This document shows positions 36,825 through 44,193 of a stretch of 54,744 nucleotides of DNA, one piece after another (positions within the stretch are counted from its first letter, which is position 1; each line of letters starts with the position of its first letter). The position numbers were made by a program, and so were the translations under genes. The notes below the pieces were generated by a model. That model was given only the letters and a program-made list of their open reading frames with translations. It ran no database searches and was not told where the DNA came from. Source of the DNA: Anaerolineales bacterium (GTDB lineage: Bacteria > Chloroflexota > Anaerolineae > UBA1429); contig JBDKSN010000075.1 of assembly GCA_039680625.1 (NCBI GenBank), positions 1-54,744 on the forward strand, written 5' to 3'.

Positions 36825-39152
36825 ATGATGCGCACCAAACTGTTCTCACTCTTGAGTGTGGCGCTGGCACTGGCCATGGTGCTCAGCGGCTGCGCTCAAC
36901 CCACGCCTACGCCAGTGCCTCAGACCCCGACGCCGGTGTCTGAGCAGGCTGAGAAGCCCACCGCTGCACCCAAGGTGTTCAAGGTGGGCTATGTCACGGA
37001 CACGGGCGGCATCGACGACAAGTCGTTCAATGCCACCTCCTGGAAGGGTGTCCAGATGGCGATCGAGAAGTTGGGCATCGAGGGCAGCTACCTCGAGTCG
37101 CAGCAGCAGACCGACTATGCCAAGAACATCACCGAGTTTGTGCAACAAGGCGCAGACCTGATCATCACGGCGGGCTATCTGCTGGGCGACGATACGGCCA
37201 AGGCTGCGGTCGCGAACCCCGATGTCAAATTCGCTATCGTGGACTATTCCTACGATCCCCCGATCGACAACGTGCTCGGCCTGACCTTTGCCACCGATGA
37301 GGCCACCTTCTTGGCCGGTTATCTGGCGGCGGGCATGACCAAGACGGGCGTCGTCGGTACGTTCGGCGGCATGGAGATCCCTTCGGTGACCATCTTCATG
37401 GATGGGTTCGCCCAGGGTGTCTGGTACTATAACCAGGCGCATGGCACCAACGTACAGGTGCTCGGCACCGACTACTATGTGGGCAACTTTGAGTCCACAG
37501 ACGATGGCCGCCGCGCCGGTGAGAGCCTGATGGACGAGGGCGCCGACATCATCATGCCTGTGGCTGGCCCCGTGGGCATGGGCACGGCCGCTGTGTTGCA
37601 AGAGCGTGGCGGCCTGCTGATCGGCGTGGACGCAGACTGGACCGTCTCGGCCCCCGAGTACAAAGACATTGTGCTCAAGTCTGTGCTCAAGAACATGGAT
37701 GTGTCGGTCTACAACGTCATCGAGCAGGCGATGAAGGGCAACTTTGCTGGCGGCACCTATGTGGGCACGCTGGCGAACAACGGTGTCGGCCTGGCCCCGG
37801 GCGGAGTGGAAGACACGATCCCCGCTGAGCTGGCGCAAGAGCTCGACGCGATCAGCAAAGACATCATCGCGGGCAAGATCTGGACGGGGTGGGGCGAGGC
37901 GCCTACCGGCGTCGAGACCGGCGTTGTGTTTGGCGAGCCCGTCAACCTGATCTTTTGGCACAACCAAGCTCCTGACAGCTTCCGTGGCAAGCTGCTCGAC
38001 CAGATCATCGCCGACTTTGAGGCCAAGTATCCCGAGATCCACGTCATTGCGACCTACCAGGGCGACTATACCGAGCTGTACAAAAAGCTCGTGGCGGCCA
38101 TCTCGGCCGGCAATACGCCCGACCTGGCCGTGTCGTATCCTTCGATGGTCTCTGACTATCTGAAGGCTGGTGTTGTGCAAGAGCTCGATCCTTACATCGA
38201 AGATCCGGACATCGGCCTGACCACCGAAGACATGTCAGACATCTACCCCGGCTACCTCGCTGAGGGGCGCTTCCCGGCCTATGACAACAAGTACTATACC
38301 TTCCCGTTCGCCAAGAGCGCTGAGGGAATGTGGTACAACCTCGACCTGCTGAAGCAGGTCGGCTATGACGCCCCGCCCAAGACGTGGGAAGAGTTCGAGG
38401 AGATGTGCCTGGCCGTCCACGACCAGACGGGCAAGATTGGCTACGCCTACTATGAGAACGCCTCGACGTTCGACGCCTGGCTGTACAGCCGCGGCGTATC
38501 GCGCGTGAACGAGGATCAGACTGAGGCGATCTTTAACAGCCCCGAGGCCGTCGAACAGCTCGCGATGATGAAGCGCCTGATCGATGCCGGCGCGGCGGTC
38601 AAGCCTGAAGGCTCGTACGCCGACCAGGCCGAGTTCGCCAAGGGCAACGTAGCCTTCACCTTTGGCTCGACGTCGGGCACGTACTACTATCAGCAAGCCA
38701 TCCAAGAGAGCGGCAACCTGGTCAAGGAATATGGGCACACGCTCCCGCCGCAAGCCGATCCGGAGAATCCGGGCACGGTGCTCTACGGCGGCAGCCTGGT
38801 CATGTTCAAGACCACTGAGAACCAGCAAAAGGCCGCCTGGCTGTTCATGAAGTTCTTTGCCTCGACCGAGCAGACGGCCAAGTGGGGCAGCATCTCGGGC
38901 TATATGCCCGTGCGAGCCTCGGCCTCTGCCTTGCTCAAGGACTATTTCGCCGAGAACCCCATCGTCAAGCAGCAGGTGGAGGAGATCATGCCGGCTGCGC
39001 GACCTGGTCCCTCCGTCGCGGGTGAGCAAGAGATGCGCACCTACGTCGAAGAGGCCATGACCAAGGTGTTCGAGGGCATCGCCGATCCGCAGACGGCGTT
39101 GGATGAGGCGGTTCGGCTCTCGAACGAGGCTCTGGCTCGCGGGCGGCAATAG
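36825..39152 (+). CDS. Lipoprotein fusing two substrate-binding proteins: N-terminal BMP/PnrA-family (nucleoside-type) SBP plus C-terminal family-1 (sugar-type) extracellular solute-binding protein
   Basis: GAGGAGG RBS then ATG 36825/36828. Signal peptide and lipobox MMRTKLFSLLSVALALAMVLSGC. BMP motifs: VGYVTDTGGIDDKSFN, GTFGGMEIP, IGVDADW. From about nt 37944 the family-1 SBP pattern appears: NLIFWHNQ..., FEAKYPEIHV, AAISAGNTPDLAV, YYTFPFAKSAEGMWYN, PKTWEEF. Confidence 0.85.
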   Translation: MMRTKLFSLLSVALALAMVLSGCAQPTPTPVPQTPTPVSEQAEKPTAAPKVFKVGYVTDTGGIDDKSFNATSWKGVQMAIEKLGIEGSYLESQQQTDYAKNITEFVQQGADLIITAGYLLGDDTAKAAVANPDVKFAIVDYSYDPPIDNVLGLTFATDEATFLAGYLAAGMTKTGVVGTFGGMEIPSVTIFMDGFAQGVWYYNQAHGTNVQVLGTDYYVGNFESTDDGRRAGESLMDEGADIIMPVAGPVGMGTAAVLQERGGLLIGVDADWTVSAPEYKDIVLKSVLKNMDVSVYNVIEQAMKGNFAGGTYVGTLANNGVGLAPGGVEDTIPAELAQELDAISKDIIAGKIWTGWGEAPTGVETGVVFGEPVNLIFWHNQAPDSFRGKLLDQIIADFEAKYPEIHVIATYQGDYTELYKKLVAAISAGNTPDLAVSYPSMVSDYLKAGVVQELDPYIEDPDIGLTTEDMSDIYPGYLAEGRFPAYDNKYYTFPFAKSAEGMWYNLDLLKQVGYDAPPKTWEEFEEMCLAVHDQTGKIGYAYYENASTFDAWLYSRGVSRVNEDQTEAIFNSPEAVEQLAMMKRLIDAGAAVKPEGSYADQAEFAKGNVAFTFGSTSGTYYYQQAIQESGNLVKEYGHTLPPQADPENPGTVLYGGSLVMFKTTENQQKAAWLFMKFFASTEQTAKWGSISGYMPVRASASALLKDYFAENPIVKQQVEEIMPAARPGPSVAGEQEMRTYVEEAMTKVFEGIADPQTALDEAVRLSNEALARGRQ

Positions 39153-39178
39153 CCGCGCGCCCTGACACGCCTTGTGCA

Positions 39179-39206
39179 AGAGGAGCAGGCTTAGGCCTGC
39201 TCCTCT
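39179..39206 (+). terminator. Intercistronic GC-rich hairpin after the SBP gene (AGAGGAGCAGGC-TTAG-GCCTGCTCCTCT), followed by a possible internal promoter (TTGCGA-18-TAGAAT, about 39229-39258)
   Basis: Read directly. There is no long U-tract, so it is probably a partial terminator or mRNA stabiliser that gives excess SBP transcript. Confidence 0.45.
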
Positions 39207-39299
39207 CTTGTGCCAGTGAATGCGAGCGCTTGCGAACCGTTGGGCTTGCCGAGTAGAATGCCCGCAGAGCACCTGCCCATATAGACCCGGAGTAAGAGC

Positions 39300-40856
39300 A
39301 TGACCCCCATTCTGCAGCTAGAGGGCATCACCAAGGTCTTCCCCGGTGTGGTAGCCAACGACGATATCGACCTGACGCTGCAACAGGGAGAGATCCTCGC
39401 TCTATTGGGCGAGAACGGCGCCGGCAAGAGTACCCTGATGAACATCCTTTACGGCCTCTATGCGCCCACCGCTGGGCGCATCGTTATTCGTGGGCAGCAG
39501 GTGACCATTACGGGGCCTCACGATGCCATCGCCCAAGGCATCGGCATGGTGCATCAGCACTTTATGCTCGTACCACCGCTCACCGTCACCGAGAATGTCA
39601 TCCTCGGCAACGAGCCTATCCGCCACGGACTGTTTCTCGACCGCAACCGAGCGGCGGCGCGAATCCGGCAGATCTCGGCCGACTATGGCCTGGAGGTCGA
39701 TCCCTCTGCGGTGGTGAGCACGCTGCCTGTGGGGGCACAGCAACGCGTCGAGATCATCAAGGTGCTCTATCGCAGCGCCGATGTGCTGATCCTCGACGAG
39801 CCGACGGCGGTACTCACCCCCCAAGAGGTCGACGACCTATTTGCGATCGTCCGCCGGCTGGTGGCCGGGGGCAAGTCGATCATCTTTATCACGCACAAGC
39901 TCAAAGAGGTGATGGCCCTCGCCGACCGCATCGTGGTGCTGCGTCGCGGGCGCGTGGTGGGGGAAACCACGCCCGCCGAGGCCACCGAAGAGATGCTGGC
40001 GGCCATGATGGTCGGCCGTGAGGTGTCGCTGGCGGTGGCCAAGACGCCCGCCAAACCTGCACAGCCCGTGTTGCAGGTCGAGGGCCTCCATGTGTTGAGC
40101 GACCGACACCAGCTGGCCGTACAAGATGTCTCGTTCACGGTGCGCAGCGGAGAGATCGTGGGCCTGGCCGGCGTGCAGGGCAATGGACAGACCGAACTCG
40201 TCGAGGCGCTGGCCGGGCAACGCGAGGTGCTCTCGGGCAGCGTGCGGATCGGCGGCCACGACGTCACGCGCGCCTCGCCACGGCGTCGTGCGCAACTGGG
40301 CGTGGCCTATGTGCCTGAAGATCGCCAACGCGACGGCCTGGTGCTGGACTTTCCCGTGGCCGACAACCTCATCCTCAACACATACTATCAGCCGCCCTTT
40401 GCCCGGGGGATCCTCTTGCAGCGCGCAGCGATTCGGGCCACGGCTGAGCGCCTGGTCAAGGATTTCGATGTACGCACGCCGAGCATCGATACGGCGGTGG
40501 CCAACCTATCGGGCGGCAACCAGCAAAAGGTCATCGTGGCGCGCGAGTTCGACCGCCCAGTCGTTTTGCTGCTCGCCTCGCAACCCACGCGCGGCTTGGA
40601 TGTCGGCTCGATCGAGTACATCCATGCCCGCATCGTCGAAAAGCGCGACCACGGCGCCGGCGTGTTGCTCGTCTCCTCGGAGCTAGACGAGATCATGGAG
40701 CTCGCCGACCGCATCCTCGTCATGTTCCGCGGGGCAATCATGGCCGACCTGCCGGCAGGCAGCACCACGCGAGAGCAAATCGGCTTGTTGATGGCCGGTG
40801 GCCGCCACGAGCAGCCCCAACCGGCACCGGAGGAAGAGGAGGTGGGTGGCCGATGA
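39300..40856 (+). CDS. ABC transporter ATP-binding protein with two fused nucleotide-binding domains (BMP/nucleoside-sugar type)
   Basis: 518 aa. Walker A GENGAGKST, signatures LPVGAQQRVEI and LSGGNQQKV, Walker B LILDEPT and LLASQPTRGLD. Confidence 0.95.
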   Translation: MTPILQLEGITKVFPGVVANDDIDLTLQQGEILALLGENGAGKSTLMNILYGLYAPTAGRIVIRGQQVTITGPHDAIAQGIGMVHQHFMLVPPLTVTENVILGNEPIRHGLFLDRNRAAARIRQISADYGLEVDPSAVVSTLPVGAQQRVEIIKVLYRSADVLILDEPTAVLTPQEVDDLFAIVRRLVAGGKSIIFITHKLKEVMALADRIVVLRRGRVVGETTPAEATEEMLAAMMVGREVSLAVAKTPAKPAQPVLQVEGLHVLSDRHQLAVQDVSFTVRSGEIVGLAGVQGNGQTELVEALAGQREVLSGSVRIGGHDVTRASPRRRAQLGVAYVPEDRQRDGLVLDFPVADNLILNTYYQPPFARGILLQRAAIRATAERLVKDFDVRTPSIDTAVANLSGGNQQKVIVAREFDRPVVLLLASQPTRGLDVGSIEYIHARIVEKRDHGAGVLLVSSELDEIMELADRILVMFRGAIMADLPAGSTTREQIGLLMAGGRHEQPQPAPEEEEVGGR

Positions 40857-42319
40857 AGCGTTCTCCACGCGATCGTCAGCAGCGAGCACAGCCCTTCTGG
40901 ATGCCCTTGCTCGCCATTGTGACGGCCCTCATCCTGGGCGGCATCCTGATCATCGTCTCTGACCTGGAGGTGATTGCCGCCTTCACGCGCATCCCGCGGC
41001 AGGTGGCCGTGCCCTTCACCGACCCCTCGACGCAGGTCTCTCTCGAAGAGGCCCTCTGGAAACACCCCAACGAGGTGCAGGTCGGTGACGGGGTGCTGGT
41101 GGACGGGCGCACGTTGCGCGTCGTCGAAGAGGTGACCGACCCGAGCAAGCAGATCGCCCTGAGCGAGGCGCGCAAGCTCTATCCTACGCTGGGCCCTGGC
41201 GTCACCATCTACTACAACTTTTGGCAAAAGCCCACGGTGGGCCTCAAGGCGGCCTGGCACTCGGTCAAGACGGCCTACGTGGCCCTTTTCGAGGGCTCGA
41301 TCGGCAACCCCAAGCAGATGGTGCAGGCGCTGGCGGCCTGGCTCAAGGGCGACCCTTCGCTGCTGAGTCGGGCGTTCTATCCCCTCTCCGAGAGCCTGGT
41401 TACCTCGACGCCCTACATCCTGACGGGGCTGGCGGTGGCGCTGGGCTTTCGGGCGGGGCTGTTCAACATCGGCGCCGAGGGGCAGTACTTTGTCGGCGGC
41501 CTTACCTCGGTATGGGTGGGCTATAGCCTCAAGGGCCTGCCCATCTATGTGCACCTGCCACTCACCATCCTGGCCGGCGCAGTCGGCGGCGGCCTGTGGG
41601 GCGCCATACCGGGATTGCTCAAAGCCAAGACAGGCGGGCATGAAGTGATCAACACGATCATGATGAACTATATCGCCTTTGCTTTGAGCGACTGGCTGCT
41701 CAACGGTCCCATGATGCGCCCCGGCGGCTTTCGGCCCATCTCTCCCGAGATCGAACCCAGCGCTCGGCTGCCACGCTTTTTTGGGGGCGACATCCGCTTC
41801 CACGCGGGGTTCTTTGTGGCCTTGGCCATGGCTGCGCTCGTCTATTGGTTGTTGTTCAAGACGACGATCGGCTATGAGCTGCGGACGGTGGGCGCCAACC
41901 CACGCGCGGCGCGCTATGCAGGCATCAGCCTGACGCGCAACATCGTGCTGGCCATGTTCCTTAGCGGCGGCCTGGCGGGCATGGCGGGTGCAAACGACAT
42001 CGCCGGCGTCATCTACTACATGCCCAACGCCTTTTCGGCGGGCTATGGTTGGGATTCGATCGCCCTGGCGCTGTTGGGCCGCAGCCATCCGGTGGGTGTG
42101 GTGCTGGCGGCGCTGCTCTTTGGCACGCTACGCGCTGGAGCTACGCGCATGCAGTCGGTGGCCCAGATCCCCATCGACATCATCTCGATCTTGCAGGCGA
42201 TGATCATCATCTTTATCGCCGCGCCTGAGATCATCCGCTCACTCTATCGCCTCAAGAAGCCCAGCACCGCAGAGCTGGCCTTGGCCGGCGGTGATACCGC
42301 TGAGGGAGCACAGGCATGA
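40853..42319 (+). CDS. ABC transporter permease (BMP-type, NupB/RnsC-like) with an N-terminal extension of about 180 aa
   Basis: The core starts around TPYILTGLAVALGFRAGLFNIGAEGQ. It is preceded by one TM helix (LLAIVTALILGGILIIV) and a soluble segment of about 140 aa. Confidence 0.9.
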   Translation: MKRSPRDRQQRAQPFWMPLLAIVTALILGGILIIVSDLEVIAAFTRIPRQVAVPFTDPSTQVSLEEALWKHPNEVQVGDGVLVDGRTLRVVEEVTDPSKQIALSEARKLYPTLGPGVTIYYNFWQKPTVGLKAAWHSVKTAYVALFEGSIGNPKQMVQALAAWLKGDPSLLSRAFYPLSESLVTSTPYILTGLAVALGFRAGLFNIGAEGQYFVGGLTSVWVGYSLKGLPIYVHLPLTILAGAVGGGLWGAIPGLLKAKTGGHEVINTIMMNYIAFALSDWLLNGPMMRPGGFRPISPEIEPSARLPRFFGGDIRFHAGFFVALAMAALVYWLLFKTTIGYELRTVGANPRAARYAGISLTRNIVLAMFLSGGLAGMAGANDIAGVIYYMPNAFSAGYGWDSIALALLGRSHPVGVVLAALLFGTLRAGATRMQSVAQIPIDIISILQAMIIIFIAAPEIIRSLYRLKKPSTAELALAGGDTAEGAQA

Positions 42320-43584
42320 GCACCACCCAGCCCGTGATCATCGACCCCCATGCTCGTCGTCGTAGCCGCACGATGGGTGTCTTTCTCATCTTGATCGGGC
42401 TGCTCATCTATGGCGCGTTTGTGCGTTCTTCCAGTGTCGGGCAGTTGGCGACTTTTGGGATGAACCCGGGCCGGCAGACGCAAGCGATGCGCATCCCCGA
42501 CATCACGCTGCCGGTGCTCACCAGCCTGTATGTCATGTCGCTGCTCTCGGTGGCCCTGGGCGTGGGGCAGTTGGTGTGGGGTTGGCGGCGCGCCGAGGGC
42601 CTGGTGTTGGGCCTGGTGGCGGGGCTGCTGGCGTTGGCCTTTCTCACCTGGGCCGCGCGCGGCCAGAGCCTCAATCTAGTGGGGATCCTCGAAGCGGCGG
42701 TGCAGCGCGCGACGCCCATCGCTTTGGCGGCGCTGAGCGGCGTCATCTGCGAGCGCTCGGGCATCATCAACATCGCCATCGAGGGCATGATGCTCACGGC
42801 GGCGATGGTCTCATCGCTGGTCGGCAGTGTGACGCACAACCTAACGATCGCGCTGTTGGTCTCGATCTTGGTATCGGGCCTGTTAGGGGCGCTGCTCGCG
42901 GTGCTATCGATCCGCTACAAGGTGAACCAGATCATCAGCGGCACGGCGATCAACATCCTCGCCACGGGCGCGACGAGCTTTATCAGCGCCAAGTTCATGG
43001 CTCCCTACGAGTATCTCAACACCCCGGGCAAGTTTGCCAACTGGCCAGTGCCCCTGCTCTCACGCATTCCGGTCATCGGGCCAGTGTTCTTTGAGAGCAA
43101 CGTGGTGGTCTATCTCTTGTTCATCCTGTTGATCGTAGTGCACGTGATGCTCTACTACACGCGCTGGGGCCTGCGCACCCGAGCCATCGGCGAGCATCCG
43201 CGGGCAGCCGACACGTTGGGTGTCGACGTGCTGCGGATGCGCTACATCAACGTGTTTGTTGGCGGGATGGTGGCCGGCCTGGGCGGCGTCTTTCTCGTGC
43301 TGGGCTCGGTGCCGCGCTTTGACGAGCTGATGACCGCAGGCAAGGGCTATATCGGCCTGGCGGCCATGATCTTTGGCAACTGGAACCCGTTTGGTGCGTT
43401 CGGCGCCTCACTCATCTTTGGCTTCACCGAGACGTTCCAGGCCAAGCTGCAGATCCTCAAGGTGCCCATCCCCTCGCAGTTCATGCGCATGCTGCCCTAT
43501 CTGATCACAATGATCGTCTTGGCGGGCGTGGTGGGGCGTTCAGTGCCGCCCGCCGCCGAGGGCCAGGTGTACGAGAAGCAGTAG
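42316..43584 (+). CDS. ABC transporter permease (BMP-type, NupC/RnsD-like) with an N-terminal TM extension of about 110 aa
   Basis: The core starts around ATPIALAALSGVICERSGIINIAIEGMML. The start overlaps the upstream gene by 4 nt. Confidence 0.9.
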   Translation: MSTTQPVIIDPHARRRSRTMGVFLILIGLLIYGAFVRSSSVGQLATFGMNPGRQTQAMRIPDITLPVLTSLYVMSLLSVALGVGQLVWGWRRAEGLVLGLVAGLLALAFLTWAARGQSLNLVGILEAAVQRATPIALAALSGVICERSGIINIAIEGMMLTAAMVSSLVGSVTHNLTIALLVSILVSGLLGALLAVLSIRYKVNQIISGTAINILATGATSFISAKFMAPYEYLNTPGKFANWPVPLLSRIPVIGPVFFESNVVVYLLFILLIVVHVMLYYTRWGLRTRAIGEHPRAADTLGVDVLRMRYINVFVGGMVAGLGGVFLVLGSVPRFDELMTAGKGYIGLAAMIFGNWNPFGAFGASLIFGFTETFQAKLQILKVPIPSQFMRMLPYLITMIVLAGVVGRSVPPAAEGQVYEKQ

Positions 43585-43613
43585 CCAGCAGCGCTGACCC
43601 ATGGGGCAAAACA

Positions 43614-43643
43614 AAGACGCCGAGCCAACGGGCTCGGCGTCTT
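43614..43643. terminator. Intrinsic terminator between convergent genes (AAGACGCCGAGCC-AACG-GGCTCGGCGTCTT)
   Basis: 13-bp stem. The U-run (UGUUUUG) is on the minus-strand side and an A-rich run is on the plus side. Confidence 0.75.
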
Positions 43644-43655
43644 GCAAGGTTACGC

Positions 43656-44021
43656 TCAGCTCTGCATCTGCAACTGAATATCTGGCTGGTCGATATAGAG
43701 GAGGATCAGCGCCGACAGCGCCATCGAAATGGCAAAGGTGACGGCCAGCTCGGTGTTGAAGCCGCCCTCTTCGGGCGGGCGCATGACGTTGCCCACGATC
43801 ACGAGCAGCCGCACGATGATGTTGAACCCCTGCACAAAGATGCTCGCGGTGCGGCTCGCTCCCCGACGCAGGATCAGGAACACCCCCAGCACGCCAAACA
43901 ACACCAAGATCGCGCCCCAAGCCACGGCGTTGAGGCTCTTGAGCACGTTGAGCGGCATGATGATGATGGGGATGAACTGAAAGATCGCGACCAAGATCAG
44001 GCCACGTGGCAGCTTTCTCAT
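43656..44021 (-). CDS. Hypothetical membrane protein (121 aa, about 4 TM helices) with its own strong promoter
   Basis: MRKLPRGLILVAIFQFIPIIIMPL.... GGGGGAGG RBS. Minus-strand promoter TTGACA-17-TAGAAT at 44052-44080. The gene is visibly less GC-rich than its neighbours. Confidence 0.6.
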   Translation of the reverse strand: MRKLPRGLILVAIFQFIPIIIMPLNVLKSLNAVAWGAILVLFGVLGVFLILRRGASRTASIFVQGFNIIVRLLVIVGNVMRPPEEGGFNTELAVTFAISMALSALILLYIDQPDIQLQMQS

Positions 44022-44193
44022 CTCGCCTCCCCCGCGGGCGGTATGAAGATGATTCTAGGGCGCACGAGGGGGCGTGTCAAAGTGCGCCGGTAGCCCTGGG
44101 ACGGTGCTCGCTCGAGATTACCGCCGACAAGGGCTATGCCCTCGCTGCACTGCAGCGTCGCCATAGTCGGTAAGAGTGAGGCGCGTTACCCTC

